From Adineta vaga (Eukaryota > Animalia > Rotifera): a DNA stretch of 64,000 nucleotides. The notes beneath the pieces are model-generated. The model was not told the origin of the DNA, did not search any database, and saw nothing but the letters and a program-made list of their open reading frames with translations. This document shows positions 1-13,400 of the stretch, piece by piece. The position numbers and the translations under genes are program-made. Each line of letters starts with the position of its first letter. Position 1 is the first letter of the stretch. The stretch spans positions 9,114,001 through 9,178,000 of the forward strand of contig CP075497.1 of the NCBI GenBank assembly GCA_021613535.1. The letters are read 5' to 3'.

Positions 1-2782
1 TTAGTTACTAGTGGAGCTGTAGCATTTGGTCGACAAGTTCTACGTCAAGAAGCAATGATGACAATGACAATGAGAAAATCTCTTTCACCAAAAGATATTT
101 TAGAAAATAGTCGATTAGCGATACAAAGACAAGCATGTGCTGCTTTTGGACAAAAAGGTCTTATGTCATTTTATGAACGAATGTTTCAACAATATAATAT
201 TGGTGTTGCACAAGTACTTGTGACAAAGAGTAATTTCTATAATGCAAATAGTCGAAAAAATCTACAAGCTACTTTGGATGAATTACTTAACTTAAATATC
301 ATTCCTATTTTAAATACAAACGATGCTGTTGCACCATTTACAGATACAGATGCTGAATTAACAGCCGCTAAAGATGGAATTGTTGTAAATGATAATGATT
401 CATTAGCTGCACGGTTAGGAGTGTTAATATCAGCAGATTTATTATTGATCATGAGTGATGTCAATGGTGTATATACTGGACCACCAGGATTAGAAGGTTC
501 AAGATTATTGCATACATTTTGTCCAAAACAAGATTCACAAAAGATTGCATTTGGTGCTGGATCAAAAGTGGGCACAGGTGGAATGGAATCCAAAGTATAT
601 TGAAATATCTTCTCTTTTATATTGTCTAAGAGCAAGTTTTTTTTTAGATTAAATGTGCATCATGGGCATTGGATCATAATGTTGGTGTTGTCATCAGTAA
701 TGGACAAATCGATAAAGGAATTTTAAATATTATGGATGGAAAACAAATTGGAACATTTTTTACAAAAGTTCCAAATCAATCAATGCCAGTTGATGTTCAA
801 GCGGTCAAAGGTATGATTAAAATTTTCTATAGGACAATATCTAATTATTTTATCGAAAAAAAATAAAACCTATTGTAGCTCGCGATGGTAGTCGACAATT
901 ACAAAAACTTTCAAGTGATGAACGTAAATCAATCATTGATAAAATGGCATCAAATTTAATTGATTATTCGAACGATATTCTTCAAGCAAATAAACTTGAT
1001 TTAGATCAAGCAACAAAAAATGGTCTGAAATTATATTCAATCTCTTCATTTTACTACATGAATCTATCTTTCTAGGTCTTAAACCATCATTAATTGCTCG
1101 CCTTGGTTTATCCGAAAAGAAATTACAAACTCTATCCAATGGTCTTCAGCAAATCGCTGAAAAAGCTGATGTACTTAGTTCGTTTTCTATACAAAATATT
1201 CTTCTCCTTATCAATCTATTTTATTTTCGTGATATAGGACAAGTTGTTCGTCGCACACGCCTTGCAGATGGTTTAACATTGAAACAAATTACTACACCGA
1301 TTGGTGTTCTTCTGGTTATATTCGAATCACGTCCAGATAGTTTACCACAAATAGCTGCTCTTTCCATCTGTTCTGGTAATGGTCTTTTATTAAAAGGTGG
1401 TTCTGAAGCAAAATATTCCAATGAAATTTTAACAAAATTGATGCAAGATGCACTTGAACCGTATGCTCCACGTGAAACTATTTCTTTAGTAAGAAACTCA
1501 TTCCTACTCATTAGATTTCCTAATCTTTCTTTTCTTTTCATTGAAGATCAATACACGTGAACAAGTTTCAAATCTTCTTCAATTAGGAAAATATATCGAT
1601 TTAGTTATTCCACGTGGCTCAAATGATCTTGTACAATCTGTACAAAAACAAAGTTTACAAATTCCTGTTCTAGGTCACGCAGAAGGTATTTGTCATGTAT
1701 ACGTGGATAGAGATGCAGATTTAGATATGGCATTACGTATTAGTAAGATTTAAAAAGAAGATAATTATCATTTTTGTTTCTTTTCTTATCAACTTTATTA
1801 GTTCGAGATTCTAAGTGCGATTATCCAAGTGCTTGTAATGCTATGGAAACATTACTTATTCACAAGGATCTTGTTCGAACACCCTTTTTTGAATCATTAA
1901 TTGATCTATTACGTCTTGAAAAGGTATGGATAATTATTCTTTTTTTGTTCTTTAGTTAACTATCTGCAAGACAGATAAAGATTTAGGTTGTGTCTCTCCA
2001 GGACATATATGAAAAATACGAACAGATTTTCCTTATGTTTTGATAAAAGAGAGAGAGAGAGAGAAAGAGAAAAGAAAATACTTTTAGAAAGACAGCTTGA
2101 TATTGATATTGATGGATTTTTTGTTATCTCTTGACAGTACCGAATTCTTATTTAGGTTAAAGTTTATTCGGGTCCACGTTTATCAATTATGATACCATTT
2201 CCACCACCACCAGCAACATCTTTGGGTGTTGAATATGGTGATTTACAATGTGCAATTGAAGTTGTTGATGATGTTAAAGATGCAATCGATCATGTTAATA
2301 AATTTAGTTCAAATCATACTGATTCCATTGTTACAGAAAATCGTACGTAAAAGAAATCTGACACAGAAAATGGACTTACATTTCTCGAAATCCTATTTTT
2401 TTTTATTTTAGAGAATACGGCTAAAGACTTTCTGAATAATGTTGATAGTGCCTGTGTTTTTCATAATGTTAGTACACGTTTTTCCGATGGCTATCGATTT
2501 GGTCTAGGTAAAATAATCTGTTGAAGAGATTAATAAGAAATGGATTCTGATTTTTTTTCTTCTTCTTTCTTTTGAATAGGTGCTGAAGTCGGAATAAGCA
2601 CAGGACGTATACATGCTCGTGGTCCTGTTGGTATCGAAGGTTTATTAACAACAAAATGGATCGTTGAAGGTCATGGTGATGTTGTAGCTGATTTTACTGA
2701 AGGAAGAAAACAATTTGTTCATGAAACATTGAATTTAACAAACAATCATGAAAAACTTCACGCTCGACAAAAAGTAGCCTGA
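1..2782 (+). CDS. ALDH18A1: Delta-1-pyrroline-5-carboxylate synthase (fused gamma-glutamyl kinase + gamma-glutamyl phosphate reductase); 5' end outside window; multi-exon
   Basis: Frame 1 from base 1 reads [10 protein letters not shown]. Kinase motifs [26 protein letters not shown]. After short GT-AG introns (e.g. 595-647) the reductase motifs follow: [34 protein letters not shown] (catalytic Cys), [30 protein letters not shown]. Stop TGA 2780-2782. Confidence 0.96.
2048..2078. repeat. (GA)n microsatellite / purine tract in P5CS intron 1924-2156
   Basis: agagagagagagagagaaagagaaaagaaaa. Confidence 0.7.
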
Positions 2783-2805
2783 TTGTGTTTGTTCGTGTGT
2801 ACTTC

Positions 2806-4576
2806 TTATTTTGCTTGTATATTTGTACTACTACCATTTTGTCGAAAACAACATTTTAATATTCGTCGTAAGGCATAGCGAAAATCGTTATTAGAAAAAA
2901 AATAAAGAAATGGATTAATAAATGTATTTGCATATGTTAACCAAAGAGTTTTTCTTAATAAGCTATTTGAAACATATTGAATACCAAAAAATCGTTGAAT
3001 TGGCCAAACAATAGTGAATGGTAACCAAGAAACCAGAAAAACAAAAATAAGCACTCCGAGTGTACGTGCTACACGACGTTGTTTAGCTAGACGTACTTTT
3101 TGTTGTTGTTGACGTCGTGCAAGACTCATCTGTCTTTGTAATAAAGAATCTGTTGTCGATATTGCACGTCTGTATGTTGAATTACGTGAAAGCCGGAGCA
3201 CAGTATTACTTGTTCCTGTTGATGATGACCAAGTTGATGTATAAAGAAATTTTTTATTTGAACGTGCTTGCGAATTTTCACGATATTCTTTAAATGAACC
3301 TTTGTGTGTTCCAGCAATTTCTCGTGTACGTCCAAGCCATACAATAGCATGAACTGCACGACGAAATTTATGTTTTGTACTTAATGATAAATTCGGATTC
3401 GACGATACAGCATTCTGTTGTTGTAGTTGTTCTTGTGGCTGGTGTACTTGCTGTGCCGGTGGAGGAGAAGAAGATGGTGGTGGTGGTGGTAGAGTCGATG
3501 TAGATGTCAAACGATATTTACTTGTTTCTACGAGAGGAAGACTTTTTAATGTGCGATTCATTGCATAATTGTTTGTTAATCGTGAATGATGATGAATATA
3601 ATTAGAACTATTGATACTTCCATGTGCTGAACAGCGTGTTGCTTGCTGATGAAAATTTGATGTGCTACTTGCTGTTGATGCAGGTCCTCGTCCAACACCT
3701 GTTTCATTACAAATGCCCATTAATGGATCAAAAATAGTTGTTTGAGATGTACGACGTCCATTATTAAGTTTAACTTCTGTTAGCCAAACTAATAATTTAC
3801 TCATCTGACCATGCAATACACGGAAGATTTTTATATATAAAACAATCATTCCAATCATTGGTAAGAAAAAGAGTAAGATCGTTGCAATTAAAACATAAAC
3901 AGCACGAGCTTGAAGATAACAACCATTTTCCGGTTGCACTAGGGGTGAATAGCCAGCTAAATAACTGTGAGCAAAAACGCCTACGATTAGAGAACAAAAA
4001 ATATTTAATCTGTCTCCCTTTTTATTAATGAAATCTTTTAATACCTGGCAACCATACCATTGCTGGTATTAACCATGTTAATAAAATTAATGAAAAGGCT
4101 CGTCGTACTGTACGTTTCTTTCTATCCATTTTTGATTCAATTAAATATAAATATCGATCTAATGCAATTGCAGACATTGTCAAAAATGAGACTGTACAAA
4201 ATAACAATGTACAACACAACCATATATTACATAAACGTGCACCAAATTGCCATTCACCATAGATTTCCCACAATGAAATGAATGGTATAACAGTTGTTCC
4301 AACAAAAAAGTCTGCTACAGCTAAATTAATAATGAGATAATTGCTAACCTAAATTCAGAAATTCTCAATATGAAATCGAAAGATAAATTATTCAAAAAAT
4401 ACATACACTTTTCAATCGAGGTTCAACACAAATAGCAATTATTATAATTACATTACCAAGAATTGTTACAATTGTTAATGCAGCAAAACCGATAAGACGT
4501 GCAATCATGTCTTTTTCTATAAATTTTGATTTGAAAAGAAAAAAAGATTTAGTTAACTAGATATATTACTTGTCAT
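2806..4576 (-). CDS. Class A (rhodopsin-family) GPCR, biogenic-amine-receptor-like, with long third intracellular loop
   Basis: Exons 4576-4570, 4516-4407, 4348-4045, 3980-2806 (introns 4569-4517, 4406-4349, 4044-3981) give TM1 GN (TILGNVIII), TM2 NLAVADFFVG, TM3 C...DRY, TM4 W, TM5 FFLP...Y, TM6 FLVSWLPF, TM7 WLTYANTFINPFLY and helix 8 DFR. ATG 4576 has an in-frame stop two codons upstream; ATG 4508 is an alternative start. Confidence 0.92.
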
Positions 4577-7411
4577 AATTCACTATATATCAAATGACAT
4601 GTCATCAAATACAACGCTGTTCTCCGTCACACTTATTCTTTTCTTTTTCTCTGTGTCTTTCTCTTACTCTCTCGCTCTAATTTAGCCACAACGCGTAAAA
4701 CATAAAAGACGAATCAAATAGCGATAGAATCCTTTTTAGTGATACACTACAAGTGCTTTCTGAATGTATATAAATGCTCATATGAGCGTGCGTTCTTATA
4801 TCGAGCGTCAAATACAATAGAAAACAAAAAGAAAAATGCTTTCAAACTAAAAACACACTAGTCATTATTTTCTTTTCAAACAGTTGTATATAATGATAAA
4901 TATGTGTAGGTGCATGTTTGAATGTTGAATAAATATATAGATATATGTAGATAGGACAATCAAAATTTACCGTAACTTTATAATAAATGATTATTGCATT
5001 CGGTAAATGAATAAATAAGTACTCATATATCGTGTCAAGAACGTTTGCGAAAACTTATCACTTCTTCTCCGACATTTATTTCTCTTTCTCTTGTGTTTCT
5101 GATAGGTAAAAGAGAAGAAAAAAAAATAGACAAATCATTCTATCTTGAATTAATTTTCCTAATTACAGTGTAACTGTTCATGAAAGATTTTCTTCTTTTT
5201 TCTTTCATAAAAAGAAGAAAAAAAAACTCATCAACATTACCTTACACTTATTGTTCAGTATAGAAATAATTATGGAGCAAAATAGTTTATTATAACGGAA
5301 AATACGTTAGAAACTATATATACGAAACTACTACATCAATCCGTATTGAGCATGAATACTGCAAAAAAAAGGTCTTAAACAAAACTTGACGATTTATTCT
5401 CAAATAGACAATAATCAACATACATGGAAATCTAATTTGAGTAGATATAGATAGTTCTTTTGCTGTTGTTTGTCGATCGAGAACTAATAACAAGAAGATC
5501 CTAATAGATTACTCGAGATAAGTAATGTTGCTGCTGTGAAAATTTGCTGGGTCGATTAGAGTTTGATGTTAACACGAATGGAAATATTTCTTACTAGTTA
5601 TTTCCTGGCGTATTTTGGATGATAACAACGATCATCATCCAACTTCCGGTCCATATTTCCGATCGTTCTTCGATGAATACAACACAACACTTATTCTCTG
5701 TTCTAACATTAACTTTTTTCTTTATTATCAAATACGAAAAGTTATTAAAAAAACATTGTCATTTTTTCTCATCCGTAGAAAATAGAAATGAATGTTATTA
5801 TCTATCTATTTTTTTATTTTTATAAGACTGCTGTGTTTCTTCTTGATCTTCTTTAGTTTTGATCATTTTTTTAATCTATTCATTAACTTTCTATTCAATT
5901 ACTAAGGAACGTACTAATAAAAAAATGATGAATTCACTTGATGTCCCTTTATCCAACCTCCGCATGATTAAGATTGTAATATGTTTAGTTAAATATTTTT
6001 TTTTCTTTTACAGAGTCTCATGTCAATCCGATTATATCTAAGAAAGTACATCTTCTTTTGTAATAGAAGTTATCAAAGCTTCTTTTTAAATTTGAAATTA
6101 AAATGACATTTCATTCACAAAAATGAATATACAAAAACGTACGAATGACAACTCTACTGTGTGTGACTCAATTTTTTCAATGGCAAAAAATGAGTTTTGT
6201 TATTATGGATCAAAGATAACTAATAACTAATAGATAGAGATTTATTATATATATCATCTAAATCAAGACTTTCAGTTAAAAAAAATATATAAATTTACCT
6301 AGAAATTATCAGACACGTATATCATTAGACTTTACGGTTGATTACATTGAAATACTAACGAATAATGTGTGCATTTCTTATTATGCCCAGAGAGATGGAA
6401 ATAAGAAAGAAAAAGAAAAGAAAACGAGTTATTTGAGTAATCATTTCTACGTGTTGATGTGCATTTAATCTCGTGACAGAAATACCTCGATAAAAGCATA
6501 ATTTCATTCAATTTAAAGCATAAAAGACAACTCCTAATGGAAAGAACGAATATGAATATGTAAATAAAATTCGATACTTTTTTAAACTGAATAATTTATA
6601 TGAAAATAACTCAAGTTTTTTTCTGACTATCGTTAAATAACAACAAATATTTAATTTTCATCTTTTTACATTCAACAATTGTCTGCAACTGAAGTCTGGT
6701 ACCTGACACATCAAAGAAAGATAAAAATGCTTTTTTTTATTTATTTATCTGAATTATTTAATTTAAAAGTTATTTTCTCTTCGAACTTTTAGTACTTAAC
6801 AGAACCAAAGAATTGAACTACATTTTGATGTTCGCATGAAACGTCATCAAATATCATCTTCTCCTCATGAAACAAATAAATTCATCAGTGCAATGAGTGA
6901 CGAAAAGTGAGGGAGAGCATAGCATAGATTAAAAGATTTCTTTACTTATCAAATTGCACAAAATGAATAGAAAGAGAACGTGTATATGCTATTACAAAGT
7001 TTGAATGTATTTCTCATTGTATTCATTTGTTGGTACTACAACTTTCATTCAAAGACATCACATAGTTCATAGCAGACAACTCATTTGATCTTCATTTATC
7101 TGTACAGTCACACTCTCAAGACGGAATTATTGCAAATGAAATATGACATCTAATAAATCAAAGCAAGATAAGATAAATACATTTGTTTGATAGTAATTTT
7201 GACTTCTTGTATAGTTAACAACAATTCTGCCATAAATAGATGTCGCACTACAATGGATCAATTGTAAACGTATTTAGGAGGCGCAATGTACTAAAGTTTA
7301 TTCGAAAAAGTCTTCCACTAATGAGAATCATTGATTTCAATACGAATTTTTTTTGCCCTCGCGAATGTATTATTTGTAATCGTTCTTACTTTTTTTCGTT
7401 AGATTTCAACT

Positions 7412-10400
7412 ATGACTTCATTGAAATTACAATTAAATAAACTAGCTGATGCTCATACGCAATGGCAACTTACTGATAGTGAAAATCGTAAACGAGCATC
7501 ATTTCTGTATGATCCAAAAGAAGCTTCAACGCTTGATCGAGAAACAATTTATTGTCTCGGTAAGAAGATGAAAATAATGAATGATGAATTTTCTATATGG
7601 TTTATTTTTAAAGGTACCAATGGTTTTGAAGAACTATGTTTACTTGATTCCGGTTTTGAAGAATTTGAACGAGTACTTTTTAGTGATACAAGTCTAACAT
7701 TTGAACGTAGTATTCAAACGAAAGAAGTGAATGATTCATTAGATTTAACAATTCGACGATTTCTTATTCGTCTTTCACCTTATTTTCTTCTAAGTCCAGC
7801 TCATAAAGCACTCGAATGGCTTGTACATCGGTAATAAATTCAGTTGTTTATTGTTTCCAAAATTCAATAATATTCTTTATATCTTCCAGATTTTTCATTC
7901 ATTTTTACAATATTGATGATCTTATGCGATGTATACTACCATATCATGAACATAATTATTTCACACGTGTTATTCAAATGTTTCGTTTAAAGGATAAAAA
8001 TAGTAGTTGGTCATGGCTCGAGTCAGCACGAGTAAAATTTCTGTTTTGTTTCGTTAAATATTGAATAATCTATACTATAACGATTTGTAGACCGCAGGCA
8101 CGACAATACCTGGTCTTGTTATGGCTAATCGGTGTGCAACGGATTTAGGTTTTCTAAATTTCATTTGTGAATCTACTGCAATGGCAGTTAAAGTAATGAT
8201 ATTTGAAATCTTTGATATTTTTGAGAAACGAAAATTTCATTCAGGAATTTGGTTCAAATCATTCATCATTACGTGTTATTATAAATTTTTATTTGAAAAC
8301 ATTATGCTCAACAATCTTACATTCATTATCACATCGGAAGAAAAAGAAGAAAACGAATTCTAATCAAGAAAATTTCATTGCTCACTTGATGCCATTTTTA
8401 TTAAAAGGCTTAAAATCCAAATCTGTGGATTATAAACGAGCAACCTATTTGATTCTTTCACATTTATCAAACATATTTACATTTCAAACAAACATTAGAG
8501 ATGATATTCTAAACGTTCTTTCGAAAGTCAGTAATTAATCTAGAAAGGACAAAATTCTCTATCTTTCCTTTTTGTTTTTCAATTTAGGGTTTATCCGATG
8601 ATGTCATTAAAGAAAATCTTCTGATTATTTCTGTCTTTCTCAACAATCAACATCATCTATCTTTACCAGATCGGTACGTTCAAAATACACTTTCCAATTT
8701 CAAAATAGAAAATTATTTTTTCTTTCATTAAAAGATGTTTTCTGAAATTATGTGATATGTCAAATATAATTGATGAAATATTTCAATTAACTAATGAAGT
8801 TCGCATTGATAATTTTCTTTGCGCATGGTTTGAACAACTACTCAATCATGTTCTCAAAGATGCAAATCAAATGGAAACAGATCATGAACAAAAATTTTCA
8901 ATTTTAGTTGAAAAAACTTTAAATACATTGAAATTTAATTCACAAATCTTAAAATTCCTTATTAATTCTTTCATTAAACATTTCAATGATAATAATGATA
9001 CATATTTAGTTTCATTAGCTTCAATTATTGAACGAAAGTAATTCTTAATAGACATATTTGGAAAGATAATAGATTGTCTTGTTATTATAATAGATATCCA
9101 ATTGATTTCGATGATAATATTCGTCAACAGACGGAGAATTGCTCGAATAATGAAGAACGAAAGCGTATTAGAGAATTTGCATCAATGACAGCAACTGGAT
9201 TTAAACATCAAGTAAAGAAAAATGAATGTTTGTAGTTCATCACTTATATTCTTTCTTTAAAGCCATTGTCTGATCGTGCTTCATTGGCTATTTGTCTTAA
9301 TCATCCACAAGCTCAATTACGTATCGAAGCATTACAACGAATTCGTGAAGGACTTAAATCTAAACAAGTAATTCTATTGATGAATAAAGATTTTTACATA
9401 AAAAAAAGATTTCTTTTCAGAATATTGAAAGAGAATTCTTAACTGATGTATTATTATCTCGATTGAATGATAATGAAGTTAAAGTTGTTCAAGAAGCGAT
9501 TTATCTTCTCGAAGAATTAAATTTCATGGATAATCAACAAATAAATGATATTCTACAAAAGATTCTTCAACGAGAAAATGAAGATTGGTAACTAAACATT
9601 ATTATCAATTACAACTATTCAAAATATATATTTCATTTCAGGTCATCAGTTCAACAATCTATCGTTCGTTTATTATCCATTGATTCTACAAATGAAAATA
9701 AATATCTTCATTTATTATTTCCAACAACATTATCAGAAATCAATCTTTTGAATAATCTCCTAGATAATTACAAACAACAAAAACATTCTTTATCATCTTT
9801 ACTGAAATTAACGAAGAAAACTTTCAAATCAACAACAATGGATACATTATCATCAAATATTGAAACATTTATTCAATCAATAACAAATCATAATGAACGA
9901 AAAGATGTTTTATTACCATTATTACAACAACATGATGAAATTTTACGACTTGTTGAACAAAATCGACCCAATTGGATTAAATTTTCAATTATCTATATTC
10001 TATTAGGAATTGAAACAATTAAACAACAAGATATTAATGAATATATCGAATTAGCAACGGTGATGATTTTCAAATTATTAAAAAAACTATCTAAAGAAGT
10101 AAGTCAATGATCTCTACTTGAACATAATCATCATTACATGACTTTTTTTCTCTCCATAGATTTCACCAACGAATGATGAACAAACAGATGCAATTGATTA
10201 TCAAACTCTCATTGAAACACATATGATTAAAAAACATCCATTTACACTATCAAGTTATTTATCACTTTGGAAATTATTCATTCAATCTTTACCTCAAAGT
10301 AAATGAATACTTTTCGTTACTTATTCTTATCTTTGTTTCGTTTAGATTCAAATCAAATGATATTTTGGAATGATTTTCTTTCCGAATGTATTCAATGGTT

Positions 10401-13400
10401 ATGTTCAGAAGAGAAACTTCCTCTTCTTCATCTTCTTTTCAAACAACAATTTTCATCGATGAATCAATTAATTCTCTTTCTTGCTGAATATTATCTTAAT
10501 TTCACTGAAAAATCTCGTGAACAAGAAATTATCTTGAAATATCTTCTTAAACAATCATCAGCAACTGAATATAACAATCTTTCGATATTAATTTTCACTT
10601 TTCTTCTTCATTCATCATATCGACCCATTCGTTCGACAATTATTAAACTTTTTCAATCGAAAATTCAATGTTCTACGAATGATTTCGATTTACTCATTCA
10701 AACAATCAAACATCATGAAAATGAAATCATTACGGATTCAGAATATATCTGTTATTTAATATCTCAATTAATTCAAACAATAAAATTAAATGAAAAGAAA
10801 AAACGTAAATTAAATTCAGATCAATCATTATTAATACATTTATTTAAACAAACGATTGATCAAAATGAAGTTTTGAATAAAAAATTTCAACAACAATTAA
10901 ATATACAATTACTTGAATTATTAAAACAATGTAAACATTGGTCGATATTTAATGAATATAGAAATGATTTAGAACATCTTCTTCAACAAACTGATCAATA
11001 TATAACAATTCCGGAAAATAAATTATTGTTAGAGAGTATCATTCATCATATTGATTATGAGACATTAATACAAGAACAATCATTTTGTTTTGAAATGATT
11101 CTACAAATCTTAGGACGATCAATTAAGAAATCTAAAGCAATAGCAACAATTGATACAATGATATTAACATTAAAACAGGTAATTGAAAAGTTCAGTATTC
11201 TATGAATTATTGTAATTTTTTTTGATTTAGTTTACACCGGAAATGTTTGTATCATTATCAACTGAATTCGATAAACAAATGCAATTAATAAGTGAATGTT
11301 TTGCCTTATGGCAACGTTCAAAATCTGCCCAACTAACAACTGTGATTAAAACAACACTTTCTAAAGTTTGTTCATAGCTTCATTCGTTTTTTCATTGAAC
11401 TCATCTTTTCTTTAGTTTACTTTCAATGCAAAACATTTCTTAACTTATTGGAAAACTATTCTTGAACCTGATACACAACAGAAGAATTCCACTAATCAAC
11501 CAAATCGTTTATCAAATAAGAAGTTAATTGTTTCAAAACCAACTGAATCACCAAATCCAATCAATTCAACAATTAATTGGAAAAATTTATTATCATCATT
11601 AGAACTTTTACATAATGATCAATTAGTTATTGAACAACGACATGAATTAATTCGTCCGATTTTTCTTATCCTTGAAAAATCTCTAAATCAAACAGCTGAT
11701 TTCGAACAAAAGACATATATTGATCAATTATGTACGACAGCTTTACTCAATCTTTATACACAATTGAAACCGGGTGAGTGAAAAGATGCCAAGACATGCT
11801 CATATGATTGATGATGTTCATTTTAGATGAATGTAATCCAGATATTTTCAATAGTGAAATCGTTATGGAATGTATGAAACGTACTAATGATTTACATACA
11901 ACTCAACAATGTCTTATGCTCTTATCGAAAGGTGCACAATTATTTCCTGTAAGTATTATGTGAATGAAAACTTTGTTTATTTTCGAGACAATTCGAATAT
12001 TGGATATTTATATCACGAAAGAATCTTTTATATTTTAGGAAAAATTAATCAGTATGATCATGGCAATGTTCGCATTTGTTGGTGATCGTCTTGTTCGTAA
12101 AGATGATTTATATAGTTATCAAGTTATGGAAAAAACAATCAAAACTGTCATACCATCTTTGTATAAAGTAAATTGCTTTTTCATTTGTAATGAAAAGAAA
12201 AACTGATCAATTGAAATTTTAAGGAAAAAAATGTTGAACAACGTCGACCTATTCTTGCAAAGATTACTCATGTTTTCGTAACATCATTAGCACATATACC
12301 TGCTCATCGTCGTCAAGATATTTTTCGTATGCTAATGGAATCAATTGGTCAAGATGAATGTCTTTGGTTTACACCAGTTCAATTATTTGATTCAATTCTT
12401 CTTTCACCAATCAATCGAAAAAATGAAGAAACATTGAAAGTAAAATCTATCATTTGAGTTCTTCATTTTTTATCTTCAAAATTCTTTTCATTTTAGAAAT
12501 CATTAATTGATGGTAGTGAACAAATGTTGAGTAGTTTCAATCAATTTTCATCTGCAACTATTCTCATAAGTCTTACACGTATTTTAACGACAGTCTTAAA
12601 TCTTCCTGATCAAATCATGAGTAAATCATCATTCTTTATTATTTATTCAGATTCGAACATTGAATTCTCTTCCTCCTACTTATTGTAGAAAATCAATCAA
12701 CTCCATCAACATATTCTCATTTAATTGATTTACGTTCATATACAACAAAACATATTCATGTACTGAAATATCAATTATTAACATTTGTTAATAATATTCT
12801 TTCAGCTGAATTCTTTATGAAAATGGTAAATTTAAATTTGAATTTAAACGTGATGATCCATTTGATCTTTTTTTTTTCTAGATCAAAAATGGTTTACATC
12901 AAGAAAATGAAATGAATTATTTAAACGAATTAATTCAAACAATACTTCATTGTTTATTATGGGCGAATAAACTATCAGAAGATGATGCGGATATAAGTCG
13001 ATATAATAAATCAATCTTGAATAAAATATTTGAATGTTTAAATAGAAGTATCGCGTTATTACATGGTTCTATGTTTGTTAATATTATTTCGAATTTACTT
13101 CAACAACAACAGACAAATGATAAATTACAAAGAAAGACTTTAGAAATTTTAAATGCAAGATTAAAAGATGAATTTACTCCCGAGAGTGAAGTAAATATTT
13201 CATTGAAATCATTGATGCTTTTTCATTCGTCGATTATCTTTAGATTGTCTTGTTTTTACCATATATGGATAATATTTTATCAATTGTTGGTAAATATTCA
13301 ACACATGAACAAGAACAAACAGCACAAACAGCTTTATTTACAATCAAATTATTAGCCAAACGTTTAGCAGAAAAACATCCAACAGATTTTTCAGCGGTAA

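Noticed and set aside
237-1541. Minus-strand ORFs over P5CS
   Set aside because: Antisense shadows of coding exons with no recognisable motifs.
1924-2156. snoRNA in the long P5CS intron
   Set aside because: Only short stems plus a GA microsatellite; no coherent box geometry.
1-2782. Horizontally acquired proB/proA
   Set aside because: Fused, intron-rich, animal-type P5CS; nothing in the sequence indicates foreign origin (phylogeny not run).
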